DNA of 64,000 nucleotides from a virus: IMG/VR virus record IMGVR_UViG_3300036832_000775, positions 8,949 to 72,948 of that record; one strand, 5' to 3'. Shown piece by piece: positions 55,222 to 64,000 of this stretch (position 1 is its first letter; each line of letters starts with the position of its first letter). The notes under the pieces were generated by a model. It saw only the letters and a program-made list of their open reading frames with translations, ran no database searches and was not told where the DNA came from. The position numbers and the translations under genes were made by a program.

Positions 55222-56031
55222 TTGCACCCCATCCAAACCCTAATCGACGACGGCGCTCTGTTCGTCGTCTCTCACTCTGGCGGCAAAGACTCGCAGGCGA
55301 TGCTGATCAAGCTCGCCGCGATCGTGCCGGTCTCCCAGCTCCTCGTCATCCATGCGAGCCTCGGCGACGTCGAGTGGAAAGGCGCGCTCGAGCTCGCCCG
55401 CGACCAGGCAGCCGCCGTCGGCGCGCCATTCCTGGTCGCCCATGCCTTCTGGAAGGATGGCAGCTCCAAAGACTTCCTGGGCATGGTCGCCAAGCGCAAG
55501 ACCGATCGTCCCGAGGTCCCGTCCTGGCCGGCCGGCGAGCAACGCTACTGCACGTCAGACTTGAAGCGTGACCCGATCCAACGCGAGGTCCGCCGCTACG
55601 TCCGCAAGAGCGGCCACAAGCTGATCGTCATGTGCGAGGGCATCCGCGCCGCCGAGGGCGACGAGCGCGCCAAGTATGTGCCCTTCAAGCTTCACGAGGG
55701 CACGAAGTTGAACGCCGCCGGCCGGACCGCCTGGAACTGGCTGCCGATCTTCGAGCTGAGCACGGCCGAGGTTTTCGAGACCATCCGCGCCGCCGGCCAA
55801 ACGCCGCATTGGGCCTATGCCGAGGGCAACGAGCGGTTGAGCTGCGTCTTCTGCATCTATGGCTCGAAGGGCGACCTTTTCCGCGGCGCCCGGGCTCGGC
55901 CGGATCTCTACCAGCGCTACCTCAAGATGGAGGAGGCGACTGGCTACACGATGCACATGAGCCGCAAGAGCCTGGCTGAGCTGGTCGCCGAGGGCCAGGC
56001 CGAGTTCGAGGCTCTCGCCCAGGCAGCCTAA
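55222..56031 (+). CDS. PAPS-reductase-family (PP-loop) protein
   Basis: VSHSGGKDSQA, RYCTSDLKRDP, GIRAAE...R, WLPI, RLSCVFC. Confidence 0.9.
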   Translation: MHPIQTLIDDGALFVVSHSGGKDSQAMLIKLAAIVPVSQLLVIHASLGDVEWKGALELARDQAAAVGAPFLVAHAFWKDGSSKDFLGMVAKRKTDRPEVPSWPAGEQRYCTSDLKRDPIQREVRRYVRKSGHKLIVMCEGIRAAEGDERAKYVPFKLHEGTKLNAAGRTAWNWLPIFELSTAEVFETIRAAGQTPHWAYAEGNERLSCVFCIYGSKGDLFRGARARPDLYQRYLKMEEATGYTMHMSRKSLAELVAEGQAEFEALAQAA

Positions 56032-56096
56032 CCCCACCCCAAACAACGGTCGTCAGCGGGCTTCCTACAGCCCCTGGCGGACCGGGAGTCGAGCCC

Positions 56097-56951
56097 ATGC
56101 ACAAGTCCGCAATTTATGGTCTGCCCATCAACCCGCGCCACCTCCTGAACGAGCTGGCCGGAGCATCGTTCTGTGTCTCATACGCGACCCGCGATCGGCT
56201 GGGCGCCCAGCTCGAGGATGCCATCCGCCTGGTGGGCGCCGATGGCGTTCTCCTGGTCGATAACGGCGCCTTCTCGCTCCACAAGCAGGGGGTCAGCGCT
56301 CGCGACGAGTCCTACCTCGAGGCCTACGAGGCCTGGGCGCAAGACATCCTCGATCGTTGCCCGCAAGCCATTGCGGTCATCCCCGACGTGATCGGCGGGA
56401 CGGTCGACGAGAACGCCGAGCTCGTCCGCACCAGCATGCTCGACTACGAGCGCGCCATGCCGATCTGGCACATGCACGAGCCGATCTCCTACCTCCTGCA
56501 CCTCTGCACCGACTTCAACTACGTCGGCATCGGCTCGTCGGGGGATTTCTGGCAATGCGGTTCGCCGGCCTGGCATGCGCGGATCCAAGAGGCGCTCGAG
56601 GCGATCGACGCCTGGGAGGCCTCGAGCAACGGCGCCTATCTGCGGCCGCGGCTGCACATGATGAGGGCGCAGAGCATGGCTCACCTGTACGCCTTCGACA
56701 CGGCCGATAGCTGCAACGTCGCGGTCAACCACTGCCGCTACAAGGACCAGGGACCTGGCTACGTCGCCAAGTTCGCTGAGCGGGCTGCAGCCAAGATCGT
56801 GGCCTCGTCAGGCCCCGAGGCTGAGCACCAGGTCAAGCGGCCGCTGCTGGGGCACCTTGAGACCGCTGCCTGGCGCGAGCGGCTCGTGGACGATTTCTGG
56901 GACCGGGAGGAGGCTCTGGCGATCGCCAACGAGCTGCCTCTCGCAGCGTAA
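56097..56951 (+). CDS. TGT/DpdA-like TIM-barrel base-exchange protein
   Basis: LVDNGAFS, IPDVIGG, PIWHMHE, VGIGSS, RLHMMR, ADSCN. Confidence 0.7.
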   Translation: MHKSAIYGLPINPRHLLNELAGASFCVSYATRDRLGAQLEDAIRLVGADGVLLVDNGAFSLHKQGVSARDESYLEAYEAWAQDILDRCPQAIAVIPDVIGGTVDENAELVRTSMLDYERAMPIWHMHEPISYLLHLCTDFNYVGIGSSGDFWQCGSPAWHARIQEALEAIDAWEASSNGAYLRPRLHMMRAQSMAHLYAFDTADSCNVAVNHCRYKDQGPGYVAKFAERAAAKIVASSGPEAEHQVKRPLLGHLETAAWRERLVDDFWDREEALAIANELPLAA

Positions 56952-57008
56952 GGGCGAAACGCGGCGCAAGCCGCGTCTCGGCGTAAGGCGCCGACTGACG
57001 AGCCCTAC
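56948..57008 (+). ncRNA. Type II hammerhead ribozyme; predicted cleavage after C56977
   Basis: AGGGC-GAAA-CGCGGC[GCAA]GCCGCG-UC / UCGGCG[UAAGG]CGCCGA-CUGACGA-GCCCU; complete core and three stems. Confidence 0.9.
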
Positions 57009-57035
57009 CCTCGCAGCAATCCAAAGGAGTCGAGC

Positions 57036-57242
57036 ATGACCCGCTTTTACGCGGATCTTAATCCCGCATACCCGTCGAAGGGCGAGCACCGCTGGCGCGT
57101 GTTCCGCCGTGACGGGCTCACCGTCCAAGCTGTCGGCAAGAGCTATCGCAGCCGGCGATCGGCTGAGACGGCGGCAACGCGCTTCTATGTCGCGTTCGCC
57201 ATGACCCACCTGGGCCTCGTGCGCAGGGAGGTCGAGCAATGA
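57036..57242 (+). CDS. Hypothetical protein
   Basis: AAGGAGTCGA RBS. Confidence 0.7.
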   Translation: MTRFYADLNPAYPSKGEHRWRVFRRDGLTVQAVGKSYRSRRSAETAATRFYVAFAMTHLGLVRREVEQ

Positions 57243-57465
57243 AGGTCGACGTGCGCGAGAGCGCCGGCCTTTGGGAGGTGGCGCTCGACGGGAGCGTCAT
57301 TTTCCGCGGCCCCAAGTTCATCTGCCAGGTCGTCGCTAATGCCAACCAGGCGGTGATCGACGAGCGGGAAGAGCGCGAGAATGGTTGCGATGTTGACAGT
57401 TTTGCAACAAACGCTAGCCTGAACCCGGGCGGTATCCTACCCGCCCCTCAATCGGAGTCGAACCG

Positions 57466-57663
57466 ATGTCCAAAAATCGAGTGGAGTGGACCGTCGAGAT
57501 GCTCGCGGTCCTGCACGATCTGCGAGCGGCGCGGGTGCCGCTCTATCACTGCGCCGAACTGATCGGCGTGGGCTACGCGACCGCAGTCTACAAGGCGCGT
57601 GAGCTGGGGCTCGCCGCCAGGTTCAACCATGGCCGGATCCCCGGCAAAGGAGTCGAAACGTGA
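57466..57663 (+). CDS. GcrA-like HTH protein
   Basis: EWTVEMLAVL...CAELIGVGYATAVYKARELGL. Confidence 0.65.
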   Translation: MSKNRVEWTVEMLAVLHDLRAARVPLYHCAELIGVGYATAVYKARELGLAARFNHGRIPGKGVET

Positions 57664-58037
57664 TCATCGAAGGCTACCCACGCTACATCGGCGTCACCGA
57701 CGAGGAGGAAGCGATCCTTCTGCGGGCGCTCGAGGTGCACCGCAATTTGCTGCGTCACCTGGCCGACAAAAAGTACGGGAAGCACGAGCACCGCGAGCTC
57801 AAGGCCAAGCGTCTGGAGACGATCGAAGCCTTGATGGAGCGCGTGTTCCCAACCGGCGAGACCGAGGCCGAGGTCTATGCGCGCCTCGAGGCGGAGGCGG
57901 CGGCCGATCCGCTGCCGCCAGACCCCGAGCGGGACCGCATCATGCGCCGCTTGGTCGAGGATGCGCAGAAGGATGCGCAGAAGGTGCGCCACTTGACCGA
58001 GAATATAAAGAAAGCGGTGCAGAGGGGCACGCCATGA
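57660..58037 (+). CDS. Hypothetical helical protein
   Basis: GGAGTCGAA RBS, GTGA coupling. Confidence 0.7.
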   Translation: MIIEGYPRYIGVTDEEEAILLRALEVHRNLLRHLADKKYGKHEHRELKAKRLETIEALMERVFPTGETEAEVYARLEAEAAADPLPPDPERDRIMRRLVEDAQKDAQKVRHLTENIKKAVQRGTP

Positions 58038-60966
58038 GGCCCGACAAACCCCTGCACATTGGCGTCGCCAGCGGCGTCGGCGCGCACGCTGGGCGCTATG
58101 TGATCAGCGCTGAGTATGTGACCGGCTACGAGGTCCTGGGCGTCTACAAGACCTACGCTGCCGCCCAGGCAGACTTGCTGCGCGTCAAGCGCCTGCATGC
58201 GGCCGCGGCCGCCAAACGGGGAGGCAAGAAGTGATCACCAATGAGACGATCGTCGTTCTGAACGACGGGGAGTGGACGGGTCCGTTCGCGGACTTTTGCG
58301 CGTCGAACAAGTTCGAGGACGAGGAGGTCGACGCGATCGAGGCGGACCTCGAAATCTGGGGCGTGTTCGAGGGCGGCGGCGGCGCATTGGCCTCCTTCAA
58401 GCTCAGCGTGGAGGCGAAGCCATGACGCTCGATGAGATGATCCAGCTCGCCGAGGACCAAGCGCGGCGCACCATGATCGGCACCAAGGAAGAGCTGGCGC
58501 CTATGTGGCTCACGCTCGACGTCGATGGCAAGGTTGAGATCGTCGCCACGCCCTGGAGCGGCGGCCATGAGAAGGAGCTCACGATCGAACTAATGCGCGT
58601 GTCGATGCGCGCCAGGCAGATCGTCGCCTACAGCCTGCTGACCGAGGCGTGGATGGCTCGCGCATCGGCCGAGGAGGTCAAGACTGGCGGATATATCGGC
58701 AAGCCGCCGAGCGAGCGCGCCGACCGCGTGGAGGCCGTCGTCGCCATGGCCGCCAACAAGGCCGGCGAGCACCGCTACAAGAACTGGCAGACCATCCGCG
58801 ACAAGAAGGGGCGCTGCAAGGAGCTGCGCCCGCTGGTCGGCCCCGAGGACCAGCTCATGTCGATCTTCGACAATCTCCTCGACGATCACAGGAGGTCGAA
58901 TTGATCCGCATTGCGATCACCAAGGAGGCCCACGCAGCCATCGCGGCGACGATCGAGGCGGGAAGGGGTCTAGAAGCCCTGCAGGAGCTCGAGGACGGGC
59001 GTTTATGGATTTGGCTGCCCAAGCCCTTCGCGCGCACGCTCGCCCATCTACGGCGCCCTGGCGAGGATTACAGCCAAACAATCATCCGCATCGCAGAGGG
59101 ACGCTGGCCATGACCGAGGACATTGAAGCCCTACGCAAGCGCATAGAAGAGCTGGAAGCGGCGCTCCAAGAAATCTGCATCAAGTGTCGGTCGAACGAAT
59201 GGGGGCCGGATACTCCGCGCCGGATAATCCTCAACACGCTGCACGACATGGCGGCAGAAGCACTGGTGGCGAAATGATTCTGCAGCTCGCCCTCATCCGC
59301 ATTGCAGAAGGACGCTGGTCATGAAGCAGCGATACACCATCCAGCTCGAGCGCACGATCCTTAAGACCGCGACGGTCGAGGTTGTGGCCGAGGACCTCAA
59401 AGACGCTCGCGATCAGGCGATCGTCAAGGGGCGCTTCTCGGACATCTGGGATGTCGATGAGAGCACCACGCGCGTCCTCAAGATCACGGCCCACGCTGGG
59501 GAGGTGAAAGATGAGCCGCCGGCAATATCCCAAGCACAAGAATGACGGCTGGGACCGCTTCATCACCGAGCGGTCCCAGGGACCCGACGGCAAGTTTTCG
59601 TTCGAGCGATTCCGCGAGCTGTTCGACCAGCTCGATTGTCCGGACCTCATCCCGGCTGAGGGCAATAACGGCACCAGGCGCATGACCGCAGGCATCCAGC
59701 TGCGGTCTTATTATGCGGACGGCGTGATCCGATTCCGCGATGGCTCGACGGTCACGCTCAACATCGAGGACGAGCCATGAAGGTCGTTTGCCTGAAGCGC
59801 GGTTACCGCATGACCCTCACGGACAACGAGATGCAGCTCTTGCGCGAGACGGTAAAGCGCGGGATCGCGGCGCTCGACGCCGATGCTTACGCCGCGCTCC
59901 CCTACAAGGTCCGCAAGGTCCTCCGCGGCCGCTGGGATCTGCCTGGAGGCCCGCTGAAGACCGACGAGAACAGGAGGCCAGCATGAGCTGGACGCTTGTC
60001 ATCCTGCTTTGCCTCAACGAGGTGCCGCACGATCAATGCAACCAGGAGACGGCGGTCTGGGTCATGCGCCCGGTCATGCGCTACTCGGCGCCGATCGGCT
60101 GCGCGGTGGCGAGCATGCAGATGCTGCCAATCATGGAAGACGCCGACAACTCTACCCACCCGGTGATCAAGTGCGAGGTCAGATGAACGACGTTGTCGAG
60201 ACCTGGTTCAAGATGCGCGACGCGATGCTGCAGGGCAAAGAAGGCGTGCAAGCGCCAGCGCTCCGGCCGCCATCGCTGCGCTACTGCTGTTACGCCGTTC
60301 TGGTCTCGCAGGGCACCTTCAAGCCAGGCACCTCCACGGAGATCATCGAAAGTTACGTAAACGGTCTTGAGCTGGGTGCGTTGGACGCCTTGCGGCGCGC
60401 CTGGGAGAGGACACGCCAATGAATCTGCATCCGTTCGGCGAGGTGGAGGCGCACGCCAAGCGCAAACAGCAAGAGGGCTGGACGACCTACCAGCAATTCA
60501 ACTGCGCCGGCTGCGGCGCGAAGCAGACAATGCCGGACAAGAACAGATTCTTCGCCCGCGGCAAATGCGAGGAGTGCGGTCACGTCACGGACATCGTCAA
60601 GGACGGCTGCAATTTCATGGCCACGATGTCGATGAAATGAGGGATGAGAGCGAGGCCAAAGCGATGACCATAACGCTGATAGAATGGTGGCGGCAGAAGA
60701 AGGAGCGCGAGCGCCTCGCAGAGGAGGCATGGCGCCGCAGTCGTCCGCACTATCGTGATGAGGATCGCCAGCGTTCTCGCGATGACAGCCGCCCGCATCA
60801 TCACGAAGAGAATACCACGCCCACGTCCTTGCCCACGTTCCCCTCAAGTTACGATCCGCCAGCGGCCCCAGATCCGCCAGCGGTTCAGCCAGCTGCGCCA
60901 GATCCTCCCGCGATCGATCCTGGCGGGGGCAGCTCCGGAGGCGGTGGCGCCACCGCCGATTGGTGA
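58034..60966 (+). other. Run of small coupled early ORFs (58034-58234, 58231-58425, 58422-58904, 58901-59113, 59110-59277, 59321-59545, 59511-59780, 59777-59986, 59983-60186, 60183-60422, 60419-60640, 60664-60966)
   Basis: Consecutive ATGA/GTGA/TTGA overlaps with RBSs; 60419-60640 is a CxxC..CxxC zinc ribbon; functions not recognised. Confidence 0.7.
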
Positions 60967-60971
60967 TTCTT

Positions 60972-61055
60972 GGGCGTCGACAAGTCGGGTGGCTGATTGG
61001 CGCTGTAAACGCCGTGCCTTTGCGCAGCAGGGTTCGAGTCCCTGGACGCTCACCA
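60972..61055 (+). tRNA. tRNA-Tyr(GTA) with atypical D arm
   Basis: Acceptor GGGCGTC/GACGCTC-A-CCA; anticodon loop CTGTAAA; long variable arm; CAGGG-TTCGAGT-CCCTG. Confidence 0.8.
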
Positions 61056-61082
61056 AAAAAAAGAGGCGGCCTAAGCCGCCTC
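61055..61082 (-). terminator. Intrinsic terminator downstream of int
   Basis: A8 tract plus GAGGCGGC-CTAA-GCCGCCTC hairpin. Confidence 0.75.
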
Positions 61083-61089
61083 CCTCAAC

Positions 61090-62331
61090 CTACGCCGCGG
61101 ATCTTAGCGGCACCACGTTGTCCGGCGCTAGGCCGCCCTGGAGGAAGGCGGCCCAGGCCTGCATGATCGGCCGGCGCAGCTCGGTGAGCTGGTCGCGGGC
61201 ATAGGCGCGCTTCACCTTGTCCTTCTCGAGATGCGCCAGGCATTTCTCCGAGAGCCGATCGGCAACGCCATTGTTGTCGGCCCAATCCTTGAACACGCTC
61301 CGGAACCCATGGACGGTCGCGCCGGTCGCGCGCTCGACGAAGGCCCACAGACCCTGGTGGCTCATCGGAGCTCCCTGGGCCTGCGCGATCTCGCCGCGGC
61401 CGCCGACGAACACGAACTCGCCCGTCCGCTCAATGCGCCCGAGGAGCTCAATCGCCGCGTCGCTCAACGGCACCTCATGGTCGCGGCTCATCTTCATGCG
61501 CGAGGCAGGGATCGTCCAAACCTTGCGGTCGAGGTCGATCTCGTCCCAGCGGGCGCCGCGGGCCTCCTGGCTGCGGGTAGCGGTCAGGATGACAAACTCA
61601 GCCAGGCGAGCTGCGACGACGGCCGAGGCGCGGATACGGGCGAGAGCTGCAGGCGCATCCTGCCACGGCACTGCAGCGTGATGCGGCGCGACGTCGCTCT
61701 CGACCTTCGCCCGCTTGGGGGCGAGCAACTTCCAGATCTTCGCGGTGGCCGGGTTGGCTGCGGTGCGCCAGCCCGAGACGACGGCGTAATCGAAGACCGT
61801 CTCGAGCCGGTTGAGCAACGCCTTGGCCGTGTCGTCATGGCCGGCCTGGTAGATCGGCATCACGATCGGGCGGATGTCGTCGAGCCCGATCTCGTCAATG
61901 GACTTGGCCGCGATCGGCTTGCAGACGATCTCAAGGTCGCGCCGCCAGTTGCCGAGGGTCGCCGAGCGGCCCTTGAGCTCGCTCACCTTCCACGCGCCGA
62001 CGTTGTTCGTGATCACGTCCTGGGCGACCTGGGCGAACGTCTTGCGACGTGCCTGGGCCTCGATCGCCTTGCGCTTCTCTTCGATGGGGTTGAGCCCATC
62101 GCGGACCTGGGCGAGGAGCTCATCGCGCTTGCGACGTGCCTGGGCGAGGGAGACCTGGTCGACGCTGCCAAGGCCGGCCTCGATGCGCTTCCCGTTCTGC
62201 CTGGGGCCGCGGACGACCCAGCTCTTGCTGGCCCCGCGAACGACGAGAAAGAGATAACCACCATCCGCCAGGCGGCCCTCGCCGGCCTCCCGGACCTGAC
62301 GCTCTGTAAGACGATTAATGCTCGTATCCAC
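61090..62331 (-). CDS. int: Tyrosine integrase with arm-binding domain (P4-like)
   Basis: DGGYLFL..SKSW arm domain; TATRSQE, K, HGFRS, LAH, AY catalytic residues. Confidence 0.95.
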   Translation of the reverse strand: MDTSINRLTERQVREAGEGRLADGGYLFLVVRGASKSWVVRGPRQNGKRIEAGLGSVDQVSLAQARRKRDELLAQVRDGLNPIEEKRKAIEAQARRKTFAQVAQDVITNNVGAWKVSELKGRSATLGNWRRDLEIVCKPIAAKSIDEIGLDDIRPIVMPIYQAGHDDTAKALLNRLETVFDYAVVSGWRTAANPATAKIWKLLAPKRAKVESDVAPHHAAVPWQDAPAALARIRASAVVAARLAEFVILTATRSQEARGARWDEIDLDRKVWTIPASRMKMSRDHEVPLSDAAIELLGRIERTGEFVFVGGRGEIAQAQGAPMSHQGLWAFVERATGATVHGFRSVFKDWADNNGVADRLSEKCLAHLEKDKVKRAYARDQLTELRRPIMQAWAAFLQGGLAPDNVVPLRSAA

Positions 62332-62348
62332 GTTTCGACTCTCCTGTT

Positions 62349-62596
62349 CTGTACCCCGCGCTGTACCCCGGAAATCGGCGTCTGGTGGCGTGAGGTGGCG
62401 TTCAGTGGAACCCCAGATAGGGGCCGCTCATTGCGATGTCAATGGGTTAGCGCGCCACTAGACGCCACTAAGCGCCGCCCAGGCAGATGTAGACGCCCTG
62501 GGCGATTGGATCTACGTCCATGGAACTATCAGAAATGTCAGGAGAAAAGAGGGCGGGGTACAGGATTCGAGTGTCTGTACCCCGTTAGATACCCCG
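62349..62596. other. Putative attP with arm-type and Xis-type repeats
   Basis: CTGTACCCCG at 62349, 62361, 62575, variant 62587, inverted 62554; GGTGGCGT x2 (62384, 62394) and CGCCACTA x2 (62453, 62463). Confidence 0.7.
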
Positions 62597-62797
62597 TCAG
62601 GCTTTTTTTGCCTTCAAGAGCTTTTCGATGCTGGCGTAGTCGACCTTGCGCTCGGCGCCAGGGATGTTGACCTCGCGCAGCGTTCCGTTGGCGAGCCAGC
62701 GGCGTACCGTGGTCACAGAGACGTCGAGGATTCGCGATGCCTCTACGATTCTGACCATGACAGGCCGCGAAGGGTCGCGCGGTTTCAAGCGTGGCAT
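62597..62797 (-). CDS. xis: Excisionase-like HTH protein
   Basis: EASRILDVSVTTVRRWLANGTL; GAGAGGAG RBS; next to int. Confidence 0.75.
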   Translation of the reverse strand: MPRLKPRDPSRPVMVRIVEASRILDVSVTTVRRWLANGTLREVNIPGAERKVDYASIEKLLKAKKA

Positions 62798-62983
62798 TTG
62801 TCTCCTCTCGTTTCCATGAGACGCCATGACATAGCCCACCAGAGGGGAGGTCGCGCAAGCGAGTGCGAGGATCTGTCCCCTGCTATTTGTCGCCACTTCT
62901 AGCCACTTGACGCCGCTAGGCGTCTTGGCGCAGTCTCCATCCACTGGCGGCCCTTTAGGGCCGCCGTAAGCAGGGAGACGTTC

Positions 62984-63379
62984 ATGCGTAAGAATATTGT
63001 TCGCATTCCTCCGCCGCTCGAGATCCTCCCGGCCGAAAGGGAACGGCCGACGGGGCTTCTCGACCATGTGAGCTTCTGCTTGGGGCAAGTTTGCGCCGAG
63101 GATGCGGAGGCGATGAAGCTCGCCAATACGGTCGATACGACCGACTCACAGACTGGGGGCTTCAAGGAAGACCGCCTCTTCCTCGCCCGTGCGATCAAGT
63201 TGTGGGCCGGCGAGCACGGCTACAACGACGTCGCGGCGGCCAAGGAGCGCGCGATCCGCAACAAGCTCGAGTGGGCGCTGCGCCGCCGCGACACGGCGGA
63301 GCTCCCAGTCTCGCGCAGGGCGCGCATCGCGCTCGCGGCCGCCAAGGAAGCTAACGGCCAGATCGAGAACGGCGGTTAA
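62984..63379 (+). CDS. Hypothetical protein
   Basis: 131 aa, GGGAG RBS, followed by a terminator. Confidence 0.7.
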   Translation: MRKNIVRIPPPLEILPAERERPTGLLDHVSFCLGQVCAEDAEAMKLANTVDTTDSQTGGFKEDRLFLARAIKLWAGEHGYNDVAAAKERAIRNKLEWALRRRDTAELPVSRRARIALAAAKEANGQIENGG

Positions 63380-63406
63380 GCCGCAGCTCACGGCAAAAGC
63401 CTGAAA

Positions 63407-63438
63407 GGCCGGGAGCCCTCCCCTCCCGGCCCTTTTTT
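63407..63438 (+). terminator. Intrinsic terminator
   Basis: GGCCGGGAG/CTCCCGGCC stem plus T6. Confidence 0.8.
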
Positions 63439-63455
63439 CGTGAGGAGTCGAATCG

Positions 63456-64000
63456 ATGAACATCAACGTGACCACAAAACGAAAGCGCGGGCGTCCGCCA
63501 GGCAGGCGCGGCAAGAACATGCCGGCGTTAGAGAAGGCGCGCGCCGCGGTGCGATTCCACCTGGCCGCCGGCAACCCCATTAACACCTATGAGCTAGGCG
63601 AGCTCGCAGGCGTTTCCCACGTCAAGATCGACGAGGCTATCGCCGCCGAGAAGGCGGCCCAGGAGGCCTGGACAAGAGCTAAGGCCGACATCGAGGTCGA
63701 TCCGGCAAGCTTGCCTAAGACGGCAAAGAAGAAGCTCGAGGCCGTGCTCCGCCGGGAGGTCAAGCGGCTCGAGGACGAATACGACCAGCGATTCCACGCC
63801 AACGTCGCAGCTCATGTCGCCCGACTCAAGGCCGAGCACTTGCCGCGGTGGCGAGACGATGCGGCTCGGGTTGCACGCGAAGCCGATCGCTATGCCGCGC
63901 TCATCAATAACCACAAGCCGATCTTCACCGAGGTCGAGTTCAAGACAATTCTCATGGTCATGCACCCAGACAATGCGGCCAGCTCAGAGACGCGAGCCGA
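63456..64000 (+). CDS. AT-hook / coiled-coil protein with HPD motif (3' truncated)
   Basis: GGAGTCGAA RBS; KRKRGRPPGRRG; LMVMHPDN near the window end. Confidence 0.7.
   Translation, partial: MNINVTTKRKRGRPPGRRGKNMPALEKARAAVRFHLAAGNPINTYELGELAGVSHVKIDEAIAAEKAAQEAWTRAKADIEVDPASLPKTAKKKLEAVLRREVKRLEDEYDQRFHANVAAHVARLKAEHLPRWRDDAARVAREADRYAALINNHKPIFTEVEFKTILMVMHPDNAASSETRA

Larger units (their letters stand above)
1..64000. mobile_element. Temperate podovirus-like phage genome segment (likely alphaproteobacterial host)
   Basis: Terminase, portal, capsid, nozzle/adaptor, ejection proteins, fibres, integrase/xis and RecT; no tape measure or sheath gene; no host housekeeping genes. Confidence 0.95.

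Noticed and set aside
55222-56031. cysH as a sulfur-assimilation auxiliary gene
   Set aside because: Lacks the C-terminal ECGLH motif of true CysH; the context suggests nucleic-acid modification.
60972-61055. tRNA as prophage boundary (attL/attR)
   Set aside because: Phage genes continue on both sides, no duplicated tRNA 3' end was seen, and arm repeats cluster upstream of int.

Overview
The whole window is part of a GC-rich temperate podovirus-type phage genome, probably of an alphaproteobacterial (Rhizobiales-like) host, inferred from PEPxxWA-CTERM and GcrA-like genes and CTATAT-type -10 boxes. No host genes are visible and an apparently intact attP lies between int and xis. Layout: recombination and small early genes (1-5.1 kb, +); a long minus-strand morphogenesis block (5.3-53.4 kb: terS, terL, sigma-like regulator, portal, 1343-aa polyvalent protein, Acb2/Tad1-like protein, GroES, scaffold, capsid, adaptor/nozzle, fibres, GNAT, 2189-aa and 707-aa ejection proteins, two PEP-CTERM proteins); a mostly non-coding, repeat-rich hub (53.4-55.2 kb); and an early/accessory operon (55.2-61 kb, +) followed by tRNA-Tyr, int, attP and xis. 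Best leads: (1) a recurring (R/F/Y)-A/Q-x-G-G motif, often as an 8-residue-spaced doublet, in at least six head/ejection proteins, where it falls at domain borders, plus a stand-alone protein with the matching tape-measure C-terminal module (candidate polyprotein processing or capsid-targeting system); (2) a ~340-nt multi-helix RNA candidate beside terS; (3) a PAPS-reductase-like plus TGT/DpdA-like gene pair followed by a type II hammerhead ribozyme; (4) a shared leader (CCUAC-loop hairpin plus GGAGUCGA RBS) and a TTGCA-N5-TGCAA operator; (5) phage-borne PEP-CTERM and Tat-signal proteins. All family calls are from motif recognition by eye; no database search or folding program was run.
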